This document shows, piece by piece, positions 49,546-57,480 of a stretch of DNA of 64,000 nucleotides. The DNA lies in NCBI GenBank assembly GCA_023262505.1, contig JALRAP010000003.1:3420-67419 (forward strand), given 5' to 3'. The DNA comes from Bacteroidia bacterium (GTDB taxonomy: Bacteria > Bacteroidota > Bacteroidia > AKYH767-A > OLB10). The position numbers were made by a program, and so were the translations under genes. Every line of letters begins with the position of its first letter. Position 1 is the first letter of the stretch. The notes under the pieces were generated by a model. The model was not told where the DNA came from. It did not search any database and saw only the letters and a list, made by a program, of their open reading frames with translations.

Positions 49546-50168
49546 GCGGGTATGATCAGCTTTAATACATGTTGGGCTATATGCGATGACGCATGTTCTA
49601 TGCTTATTTCCGCAGTGCGGATGGTGATTTCAGGATTCTCTGGGTTTTCAAATGGCGAACTGATGCCTGTGAAGTCGGGAATTTCGCCGGCACGGGCTTT
49701 TTTGTAAAGTCCTTTCACGTCCCGTTGCTCGCAGACGTCCACAGGACAATCCACAAACACCTCCACGAATTCGTTCGCCTCCACCAACGAACGTACGAAT
49801 GCCCGGTCTGATTTGAACGGCGAGATGAAGGCAGTCAACACAACAACCCCCGCATCCACAAAGAGCTTGGATACTTCTCCGATTCGTCGGATGTTTTCAT
49901 TGCGACCCTCGGGAGAAAAATCCAAGTTGCTGTTCAGTCCTTGTCGGATGTTGTCCCCATCCAACACATAGGTGTGGATGCCTCTTTCCATCAACAACTG
50001 TTCTACGGCATTGGCCAAGGTGCTCTTGCCAGAACCAGAAAGCCCCGTGAACCAAACCACACATGGCCTATGGCCATTCTGTGTAATGCGGGTTGATTTC
50101 CCGATTTTGTACGCTTGAGGGATGATGTGGGTAGGAGCAGACATTATGGAATTAATCCATGTAGGCAT
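49542..50168 (-). CDS. cysC: adenylyl-sulfate (APS) kinase
   Basis: P-loop GLSGSGKSTLA. 4-nt overlap with cysD. Confidence 0.92.
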   Translation of the reverse strand: MPTWINSIMSAPTHIIPQAYKIGKSTRITQNGHRPCVVWFTGLSGSGKSTLANAVEQLLMERGIHTYVLDGDNIRQGLNSNLDFSPEGRNENIRRIGEVSKLFVDAGVVVLTAFISPFKSDRAFVRSLVEANEFVEVFVDCPVDVCEQRDVKGLYKKARAGEIPDFTGISSPFENPENPEITIRTAEISIEHASSHIAQHVLKLIIPA

Positions 50169-50235
50169 TAGCTGACAAATTTAGCCAATTCACGAGGCTA
50201 TTTCGTCAGTTTGCCCATCGGCCCATCACTAGTTA

Positions 50236-51810
50236 TTAACGGCTTTTTACAACACTCAATTTGCCCGTGGCCAATTGGTTGTACCTCGAAACTGCCTTGT
50301 AAAAATACATGCCGGACGAATTGGAATTGTCAGGCACTCGCCAAGTCACATAGCTGCTGCCTTCGATGGGTTCGGGAACAAGTATCTCTTCCGACTTTCG
50401 TCCCGACAAATCGCTGATTTCCAATGTGGATCCGCCCCAAGACTCACCCATAAGACGGATATTGAATACGTCGCTTGATGGGTTGGGATAAGCATACGAA
50501 TGTTGTGGACTTTCCGTGGAGATCGGTGGCAAGCCGGTACTGGTCGCCAATAACGAGTCGCCCGCTAGCAATGCTCCAATGTCGATCAGCTCGTCGCCTG
50601 CCTGATAGGTCGTAAACAGAAATCCATCAAACAGCATCTCATCCGTGGTGTTTAATCCGGCGGTAACCAATTGAGGCGGGTTGTTTGGATTGTTTGGATT
50701 CAACAAGGTGTTATCATAAACATGTCTAGAGAATAATTGATAACCTGCAGGCACTTTCACCAATCTTCTATAGAAGTAATATCCCTGCCATTCAAAATCC
50801 CAATTGTTGATTTTGATGAGCTTGACCGTATCCGTTCCTTGCCAAGCGTAATTGATGATGCTTTTGCATAACTTGTGTGAATGGGGGAAGGCGCCCATGA
50901 CCGAGATTGGTACGGGAAGGGCTTGGAAGGTGGCCGTGAATGGTGTGACGGTATTCGCCGGAATGGCTAAGTTCCAATTTTGCAGAGGGGTTACAGCCTG
51001 TATGGGTCTGATGCCTGTGGTTCCAACAGGATAGAAGTACATGCGGATTTTAGTGCTATCCTGCTGCCCTGCGCTTCCTGCGGGATAATGGATTTGTAAG
51101 ACGATTTTCGATCCTGCCTTGATACGCATACCCAGCTTCAGCGGGGCTTGTCCAGGAGCAACGGTGGGAGGAGCGCCTGGCGCATATCCACCAATGCTGA
51201 AATCACCGGGAGGATTGAAACAGTTTCCAGAAAGATTATTGGTTGTATTGCCAGTGGTGTCTACATTGATGATGACGTGGTGTACGATGGCGGGATTTCC
51301 TGGTACGATTTCAAATGCCCTCAAATACCGGTCTTGTGTAAGATTGGTAGGAAGTGAAAAACACACATAACTGTCGTTGGTGCTTGCATTACTGGTGAAA
51401 GTTGGAATTTGCAATTCCATGCTGGGGACACCTTGTAATTGGTAGTTTCCAAACACGGGTGGAGGGGGAGCAAGTGTGGTGTCACCAGGAGGCGTGTTTG
51501 AATTGATCCAACTGATGATGGCGTTTTTTTCGGAGTCGGTGATGATGCGCTCGGCAAAGAACCTCGAGTAAGAAGTATCAGGTGGCCAAGGAGGCATGGT
51601 GCCGGTTTGCAGCGCGTTTTGAATCAAACTTGCATAGGCGGCGGTTTGGGTGTAGTTGGTGAAAGGGTGATGACCAGGTCCGCCATCGTGGTGGCAAGAA
51701 GCACATCTGTTAAAGAAAATTGGTGCTACGTCTTTGTACTCCAATTGAGCCCAGCTTGGAAGCGCAATAATCAGAAGCAGGATTGCGAGCAAGGATTTTT
51801 TCATTTCCAT
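50236..51810 (-). CDS. T9SS-secreted protein: N-terminal CxxCH (planctomycete-type cytochrome c-like) module + copper type-II monooxygenase-like domain (tentative)
   Basis: Signal peptide. CASCH followed by MPPWPP. His clusters HHVIINV, HYPAGS and HSHKLC. C-terminus GMYFYKAV...KLSVVKSR, typical of T9SS sorting domains. Confidence 0.5.
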   Translation of the reverse strand: MEMKKSLLAILLLIIALPSWAQLEYKDVAPIFFNRCASCHHDGGPGHHPFTNYTQTAAYASLIQNALQTGTMPPWPPDTSYSRFFAERIITDSEKNAIISWINSNTPPGDTTLAPPPPVFGNYQLQGVPSMELQIPTFTSNASTNDSYVCFSLPTNLTQDRYLRAFEIVPGNPAIVHHVIINVDTTGNTTNNLSGNCFNPPGDFSIGGYAPGAPPTVAPGQAPLKLGMRIKAGSKIVLQIHYPAGSAGQQDSTKIRMYFYPVGTTGIRPIQAVTPLQNWNLAIPANTVTPFTATFQALPVPISVMGAFPHSHKLCKSIINYAWQGTDTVKLIKINNWDFEWQGYYFYRRLVKVPAGYQLFSRHVYDNTLLNPNNPNNPPQLVTAGLNTTDEMLFDGFLFTTYQAGDELIDIGALLAGDSLLATSTGLPPISTESPQHSYAYPNPSSDVFNIRLMGESWGGSTLEISDLSGRKSEEILVPEPIEGSSYVTWRVPDNSNSSGMYFYKAVSRYNQLATGKLSVVKSR

Positions 51811-51906
51811 ATGTTTGGTTCAGGTAAAGGTAGGTTTTGAATGGCCGCTAGACAAGGATGTTGGGGTGGTTTATTAACAGAAGTACCGGTACTATTTGTA
51901 GTATCA

Positions 51907-52050
51907 GTTGCAGTAGGCAGCGGCAGGAGGCAGTGGCGGTACCAGTGGCAGTAGGCAGCGGCGGGAGGCAGTTGCAGTAGGCAGTACCAGTGGCAGTGGC
52001 GTGTGGCAGTAGCAGAACTAGTAGCATTGGCAGATAGCGGCGGCGGTATG
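51907..52050. repeat. degenerate 6-7-nt tandem array (GGCAG/GGCGG words) with internal ~64-nt duplication
   Basis: gttgcagtaggcag occurs at 51907 and 51971. taccagtggcagt occurs at 51940 and 51985. About 20 consecutive units of type t(a)ggcag / cggc(a/g)g. Confidence 0.7.
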
Positions 52051-52102
52051 CGAAATTTGGTACATATAACTTTTCACCTAAATGTGCCGGCGGGTGGCTT
52101 GT

Positions 52103-52197
52103 CCACGAACGGTGCGAACCGTAAGATTGGTCGGCCCGGGGGTGTAGCTGTGTGCGACAAGACCAATCAAACGGTTGGCGTTCGTGGTGCCTTTTTT
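52103..52197 (+). terminator. long imperfect hairpin followed by T-tract (terminator-like or structured RNA)
   Basis: Three complementary blocks: ccacgaac/gttcgtgg (52103-52110 vs 52180-52187), aaccgt/acggtt, and gattggtc/gaccaatc (52125-52132 vs 52161-52168). Followed by tgcctttttt. Confidence 0.4.
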
Positions 52198-52327
52198 GGT
52201 TACTTTTTGGGCAAGCAAAAAGTGACAAGAAGCCAAAGGCAGAAAGTCAAAGCGGTCATTTTTCAAATAAATTTGTCGCTGTCATTAAATTAAATCACTG
52301 AAAAACAATTTAATATAAATTATTATA

Positions 52328-52369
52328 GTACTATGTATTGCATAGTACAAGGCAAAGGATATATCTTTG
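52328..52369 (+). promoter_or_regulatory. putative padR promoter (TTG ... TAtcTTTG) with overlapping palindromic operator
   Basis: Perfect inverted repeat gtactatg-N5-catagtac at 52328-52348 overlapping TTG at 52338-52340. The -7-like box tatctttg at 52362-52369 lies 20 nt before ATG 52389. Confidence 0.5.
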
Positions 52370-52388
52370 CGTCATCTTATAGCACGAC

Positions 52389-52721
52389 ATGGTAAACCTC
52401 GAAAACACAAAAGCCCAGATGCGGAAGGGGGTCCTGGAGTTCTGTACCCTCAGCATCATAGCCAAGGGACAGATATACCCGTCCGACATCATCGCCCAGC
52501 TGCGCAACTCCCAAATGATGGTGGTGGAGGGAACATTGTATCCGTTACTCACCCGCTTGAAAAACGCCGGCCTCATCACATACACTTGGGTAGAGTCGAA
52601 CGCAGGGCCGCCCCGGAAATATTTCACCATCACCGACCAAGGTCAGGCTTTTTTGAAGGAACTCGAATCAACTTGGCAGGAACTGGTGTCATCGGTAAAC
52701 AACACCATCAAACATTCTTAA
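52389..52721 (+). CDS. PadR family transcriptional regulator
   Basis: 110 aa with the EGTLYPLLTRLKNAGLI winged-helix signature. Confidence 0.9.
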   Translation: MVNLENTKAQMRKGVLEFCTLSIIAKGQIYPSDIIAQLRNSQMMVVEGTLYPLLTRLKNAGLITYTWVESNAGPPRKYFTITDQGQAFLKELESTWQELVSSVNNTIKHS

Positions 52722-52732
52722 AACAGCAATAC

Positions 52733-54400
52733 ATGAACAAGACCATTTCAGTTAACATCGGCGGTTTCGTTTTTCATATCGAAGAACAGGCCTATGCCGA
52801 ACTTCGACAATATCTTGAAACCATTTCCAACGGCATCCCAATCAATGAAGGTCGCCAGGAAATCATGTCCGACATTGAAGCGCGCATCGCCGAGATATTC
52901 AAGGATGCCTTGCAAACTTCTAAGAAAGAAGTGGTGGTTGCTGACGATGTGAAATCAGCCATCAACACCATGGGTCGTCCCGAAGAGATTACTGATCCGT
53001 TTCAACAATCATCGGAGCAAAAAGAAAATACGGAATCAACTACCTTCTCGAGGCCATATAAGATGCTTTATCGCGATGGCGACGAGCGCATCATAGGAGG
53101 TGTATGCTCCGGACTAGGACATTACTTCGGCATCAATCCTTTGCTTTTCAGGGCAGCCTTTGCCATTGCGTTTGTTTTCTGGGGCTCCGGATTGCTGTTA
53201 TATATCATACTGTTGTTAATCATCCCCAAAGCCAAAACCACTGCAGAGAAATTGGAGATGCGCGGCCGTCCGGTAAATCTGAAGGAGATCCGCAAGAACA
53301 TGGAGGAGGAATTCGGAGAAATTGGTAGAAGCGCAGAGGCGGGATATAGCAAGATGGAGTCGGAAATAAAAAACAGCAACTGGAAAGGTCGTGTCAATGG
53401 CTTTTTCGATATGCTGGGAGTTTTGCTGACGCGCTTCTTCAAGATCGTAGCCAAATTCTTCGCGATCATAGTATGGTTTGTATCCGTGGTTTTGCTGGTG
53501 GGTGTTACGGCGGCCGTCATCGCCAAATTGTTCGGCTCGGAGAACGTAACAGTAATGGACATCAACGGAATGGAGTTTTTCGAAGGCAACAATGCCAATT
53601 TGTTCGTGATCGGGATCTGTTTGCTCATTGGTGTTCCAGCATTTGCACTGACATACATCACCACCAAGTACATCTTTGGCATCAAAAAATCATTCAAGCC
53701 GATGCCTTGGTTGCTTTCGGTTCTTTTCCTAGTAGGATTGATTTGTTTAATCATCGCATCCATCCAAACTGCCAGTGATTTCAAATCGAAATCATCCGTC
53801 ACCAACCCCATTCCAATTGCACAGCCAAAATCCGACACATTGGTTGTTTCCATGGCGAATGGGAATCCGGATGAGGATTTTTGGGAGGGTGAGGAAATTC
53901 AAATACATACCCCGTTTTTCTCCGACTCAATAGATGCCGGAAGTGTCAAATGGGAATTGTTGTCGGCCTCAACAGATTCTTTCCAACTGGAAGAGACCCG
54001 CACATCCCGAGGTAAAAACATGGAAGAAGCCAAGGACAATAGCTCCAAGGTGATTTACAAGATGACCCAAACAGGCGATACCCTGATGTTGGAACCGAAT
54101 TTTGATTTGCAGGATCAAGCAAAATTCAGATTTCAAAAGATGCGTATTGGTGTGAAAGTGCCTAAGGGGAAATCCATTCTTGTCACAGAATCCGCAGCCA
54201 AATACTTGCGCAGAGTGGAAGGATACAACGGGGACATGGAGTCTTATAACTTAGTTGGGGTTTGGACGAACGGACCTGATGGACTGCAATGCGCCGAATG
54301 TGAGCCATCACATCCATCCGCAAAGCATGGCAAGAAGTCATCCACCATTATGGAAATACGTGTGGATACCTCCGGTGTCACGATTAAAAAGGAGGAGTAG
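52733..54400 (+). CDS. PspC domain-containing membrane protein
   Basis: GGVCSGLGHYFGINPLLFRAAFAIAF PspC motif. Start at ATG 52733 (MNKTISVNIGGF). The listed ORF start 52367 overlaps padR and is rejected. Confidence 0.8.
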   Translation: MNKTISVNIGGFVFHIEEQAYAELRQYLETISNGIPINEGRQEIMSDIEARIAEIFKDALQTSKKEVVVADDVKSAINTMGRPEEITDPFQQSSEQKENTESTTFSRPYKMLYRDGDERIIGGVCSGLGHYFGINPLLFRAAFAIAFVFWGSGLLLYIILLLIIPKAKTTAEKLEMRGRPVNLKEIRKNMEEEFGEIGRSAEAGYSKMESEIKNSNWKGRVNGFFDMLGVLLTRFFKIVAKFFAIIVWFVSVVLLVGVTAAVIAKLFGSENVTVMDINGMEFFEGNNANLFVIGICLLIGVPAFALTYITTKYIFGIKKSFKPMPWLLSVLFLVGLICLIIASIQTASDFKSKSSVTNPIPIAQPKSDTLVVSMANGNPDEDFWEGEEIQIHTPFFSDSIDAGSVKWELLSASTDSFQLEETRTSRGKNMEEAKDNSSKVIYKMTQTGDTLMLEPNFDLQDQAKFRFQKMRIGVKVPKGKSILVTESAAKYLRRVEGYNGDMESYNLVGVWTNGPDGLQCAECEPSHPSAKHGKKSSTIMEIRVDTSGVTIKKEE

Positions 54401-54457
54401 TTTTTGAAAACGGCTGCATTTTCAGCATAGTTTTCAAACAGAAAATAACTACTCCTC
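54392..54457. terminator. nested hairpin terminator between convergent genes
   Basis: Outer stem gaggagtagtt / aactactcctc and inner stem tttgaaaac / gttttcaaa. Overlaps the pspC-like stop codon. An adjacent palindrome caaacctgcaggtttg follows. Confidence 0.6.
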
Positions 54458-54480
54458 AAACCTGCAGGTTTGGACTTGGT

Positions 54481-55047
54481 TCAAAACGCCGCATCCAAAT
54501 CCAAGCAGATGCTTTTGATATCGGGGTCGTGTATGGCTTGAGCTTTTATTTTTTCGAAAAGTTCTGGACGGAAACGTTTAGCCCTAAGTGTTACAAACAA
54601 TAGGAATTCAATTCCTTTTTGGAAATATGCCTTAGGCGAGGACTCTTCCTTTATCGCAATATTTCGGTATTCCTTCTCGTACGCGGTAGCGAATGACGTC
54701 AAAGAACTATGTTCGTCGAAATTTTGGTACCAATGACCTTCAACATGGATAAAAGAATCCAAGGCATCTATGACTTGCTCAGGGGCTTCCAACGCAATTT
54801 TATTCAGATCATATACTTTGGAAATTTTCAACTCTTCCCATAATGTGAATACACCTAATGTGTATCCAATAGACCATTTCAAATCTTCCTGTTTTTGGGT
54901 CTTGAGGTACTTGTTCGACGGATGGTTCCAGATGTTGTAGCACAAAGTGCCGAACATCTTTTCCCATGGACGCATGGCGCCCAAGCGGGATTTGATCAAT
55001 GCTCCGAGCTTGCGGAGTTCTTCTTGATTGAATTCATTTTTTTCCAT
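54481..55047 (-). CDS. hypothetical protein (last gene of MoxR/vWA/MAT-like operon)
   Basis: 188-aa ORF starting 13 nt after the MAT-like gene. No TM segment or catalytic motif recognised. Confidence 0.6.
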   Translation of the reverse strand: MEKNEFNQEELRKLGALIKSRLGAMRPWEKMFGTLCYNIWNHPSNKYLKTQKQEDLKWSIGYTLGVFTLWEELKISKVYDLNKIALEAPEQVIDALDSFIHVEGHWYQNFDEHSSLTSFATAYEKEYRNIAIKEESSPKAYFQKGIEFLLFVTLRAKRFRPELFEKIKAQAIHDPDIKSICLDLDAAF

Positions 55048-55060
55048 TTTGATTTTTGTT

Positions 55061-56173
55061 TTAAAGGTTCATAATCTGTTTGCTGGCCAAGGTCTTTACT
55101 GGACTGCACCAGGATAATGTGTCATTGTAGAAGGTTCCTAATCCGGATAGTTGATATTCGAGATCCGACTCGTTTACCCTTTCGCGCATATTGTCGAAGT
55201 GGAAATAATCATGCGCATCAAGCGTAGGTCTACGGTCTGTTTTCAAGTCGATCATTAATGGCGCTGCCATGCCTGGTGCAAAGCATATCCGCACCAGCGC
55301 CTCTTGGGCTCCATTCCGTACCAGTTCCAATGCAAAGCGCCTGGCTTGGAAAGCACCAAGTCGGTCGATGTGGTACAGGTCTTTGCCATAAATGGCTCCT
55401 CCTCCAATGGCAATCCGTGGACCGTAATAATCCATTACCAGTTTGCGGCCGGTCTGTCCATTGTCTGCGGCACTACCGCCATTCACCAACGGACCATTCG
55501 GATTTACGATTAGTTGAATCTCATCCCACCGGCCAATCCAACGGTGGTCGTGTTGGCGTAGTTTTTTCCATGCTTGATGAAGCACCTGTTCGACACGTTC
55601 TGTGAGTTCATAAAACGACAAAGATTCCTGCTGCTGGAGTGTAACCAGTATGGTTTGGGGCTTCCATCCATCGTGTTCCTCAAACATTGTAATCAGCACT
55701 TTCCCATCTGGACCTTGGTCTTGCAGCAAGCCTCTTTCGATGGAATCCATAAGCGAATCGCGTAGATGCCATACCAGGAATTGTTCGGGAGGAAGAAAAC
55801 GGGTTTTGGCATCATATCCCGCATATCCAGTAACTATATTTTGGTCGCCTGAGAAACCGGTCCACTTGCGTGGATTTCCAACGACCTTGCAGATTTCATC
55901 GATGATGACATAATCCGTAGCTTTCACACAATTCCTGTTGGTGTAACCGATCTCTTCTCCCAACTCCACCACCAATTCACGGATTGGTATGGTTACTGGG
56001 TTCTTTGTGACCCATGCTCCGGTCAGGAAAATCTTGTTCGACCAAACGGAAACTTCGATCTGGGCATATGCTCCGGTTTCTTTCCTGTAAAGTTCACGGA
56101 TGATGCGGTCGGCCAGCAAATCGCAAAACTTGTCGGGGTGGCCGTTCAAGACAGCCTCGGCAAAATGTTTCAT
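55061..56173 (-). CDS. divergent S-adenosylmethionine synthetase (methionine adenosyltransferase, MetK-fold) homologue
   Basis: GHPDKFCDLLADRI, GDQNIVTGYA, GPDGK, VNPNGPLVNGGSAADNGQTGRK and GGGAIYGKDLYHIDR align with MetK motifs GHPDK, GDQG, PDxK, TGRK and GGGAFSGKD. 370 aa. Confidence 0.8.
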   Translation of the reverse strand: MKHFAEAVLNGHPDKFCDLLADRIIRELYRKETGAYAQIEVSVWSNKIFLTGAWVTKNPVTIPIRELVVELGEEIGYTNRNCVKATDYVIIDEICKVVGNPRKWTGFSGDQNIVTGYAGYDAKTRFLPPEQFLVWHLRDSLMDSIERGLLQDQGPDGKVLITMFEEHDGWKPQTILVTLQQQESLSFYELTERVEQVLHQAWKKLRQHDHRWIGRWDEIQLIVNPNGPLVNGGSAADNGQTGRKLVMDYYGPRIAIGGGAIYGKDLYHIDRLGAFQARRFALELVRNGAQEALVRICFAPGMAAPLMIDLKTDRRPTLDAHDYFHFDNMRERVNESDLEYQLSGLGTFYNDTLSWCSPVKTLASKQIMNL

Positions 56174-57480
56174 TTATCAATTGGTTTTAGGTGGTATGCG
56201 GCAATTCCGATGGAGTTGAACATATCGGCTTTTCCGTCTGGGGTTATGATGGCGGAGATATTCCGCTTTTCTACACCATGCAATTCTCCGATGCCGATGT
56301 TTTCCACATAGCCATCCGTTACGATCAATGCTTTTTTGAATTTTTTCTTTTCCATATGTTCGAAAACGGATTCCAATACCGTCCCATTGGTGGTTTCACA
56401 GTTCAAAACTCCGTTTTTGAATTTGGCAGGTACTACCTCGGTAGAGAATGTCCAAATCGGTAGCCGTATTTGTTGGTTGAATTTCTGTATCAATGGCATC
56501 AGATGGGGTAACACCTTGTCCATGGACGCGCTCACATCTATGTAAATGTTCATAAGCTCGCCAGGCAAACCGTTGGCCACTTCCATCCTGGACATCGGCA
56601 GTAGACTGGATGCGTATAGCAGCGCAAAGGCTCTGCGATCTTGATTTGAAATGAATGGCATCAGGGCCTGCGAACCCTTGTCTTTTTTGGCCTTCGGGTC
56701 AGGTTGCAAGCATCTCAAAAGCAATGGCAGTGTAGCCCTTTTCCATGCATGGAGCTTTGCCTTTTCCATTTTTTTACCGATGATGTTCAGCTCGTTCTTG
56801 TTGCCGGATGTTTTTGCCTTTCCGAAAAATGCACCCGTATTGAGGTTTTTGAAAATATCGCTCAACAGCCTGCGGTTTTCGTCTGAAATCTCCTCGAACT
56901 GGCCACGATGATCTCCAATGAAAAAAATATGATATAACTCCAACTTTGTATTGACAAGAGACTGGGCCAACTCATGAACATCCTCGGCAGATATTTCCCC
57001 ATTGTAGACTTTTTCGTGTAAATCCACAATTCGATGATCCCGAAAACTTGATCTGGATTCACAATGATCGAATGGGCGTAATAGTTGTTGCAGGCCCACA
57101 GGCGCATATATGTTTTTGAAGAAATTTGAAAATCTTGGGCCATGTACCCGATGTATGATGCTGTTGATGACTGTATCCAAGGCCAAATTCAAAAGAAAAG
57201 TCATTTTTTTGAATTTGTTGGTGTGTTCCAAAAGCACGTGTAGGAACTCGTGCAGTAGTACGGCCTTCAAGTCGTCTTCATTTCGGCAGCAATTGTTCAC
57301 AAAATGCGGATTGATGTATAATGTAGGATTGCTCTTCAGGCTGACCGCCAACGTTCTCACGTCAACTGTTAATTGTACCTCCGCAATCCTGTAAAGCGCC
57401 CTTGTTGCAAACAGGTTTTCATCTGCCAGATCCAGCATGACCTGGGTTATTTTATTCTTCGTCCATTCCATAGTATTCAC
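56170..57480 (-). CDS. HExxH metallopeptidase-like N-domain + vWA-like C-domain protein (DUF2201-type architecture)
   Basis: HEFLHVLLEH motif and a MIDAS-like YIDVSASMDK in the C-terminal half. ATGA overlap with the MAT-like gene. Alternative start at ATG 57438. Confidence 0.7.
   Translation of the reverse strand: MNTMEWTKNKITQVMLDLADENLFATRALYRIAEVQLTVDVRTLAVSLKSNPTLYINPHFVNNCCRNEDDLKAVLLHEFLHVLLEHTNKFKKMTFLLNLALDTVINSIIHRVHGPRFSNFFKNIYAPVGLQQLLRPFDHCESRSSFRDHRIVDLHEKVYNGEISAEDVHELAQSLVNTKLELYHIFFIGDHRGQFEEISDENRRLLSDIFKNLNTGAFFGKAKTSGNKNELNIIGKKMEKAKLHAWKRATLPLLLRCLQPDPKAKKDKGSQALMPFISNQDRRAFALLYASSLLPMSRMEVANGLPGELMNIYIDVSASMDKVLPHLMPLIQKFNQQIRLPIWTFSTEVVPAKFKNGVLNCETTNGTVLESVFEHMEKKKFKKALIVTDGYVENIGIGELHGVEKRNISAIITPDGKADMFNSIGIAAYHLKPIDK

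Noticed and set aside
51848-52228. 126-aa minus-strand ORF with Thr/Ala/Gly/Cys/Leu-rich low-complexity sequence
   Set aside because: It is generated entirely by the GGCAG/GGCGG tandem array. It has no start context, signal or domain, so it is treated as a repeat artefact rather than a gene.
52367-52732. N-terminal 122-aa extension of the listed 677-aa ORF (PspC gene)
   Set aside because: It overlaps padR in another frame and has an Arg/His/Pro/Gly-rich nonsense-like composition. An internal ATG at 52733 gives a typical PspC-family N-terminus 11 nt after the padR stop.
53122-53853. 243-aa antisense ORF inside the PspC-domain gene, plus similar long antisense ORFs at 26508-27134, 48215-48811, 41772-42284 and 16328-16909
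   Set aside because: All lie opposite genes with clear family motifs and have no motifs of their own. These are typical shadow ORFs.
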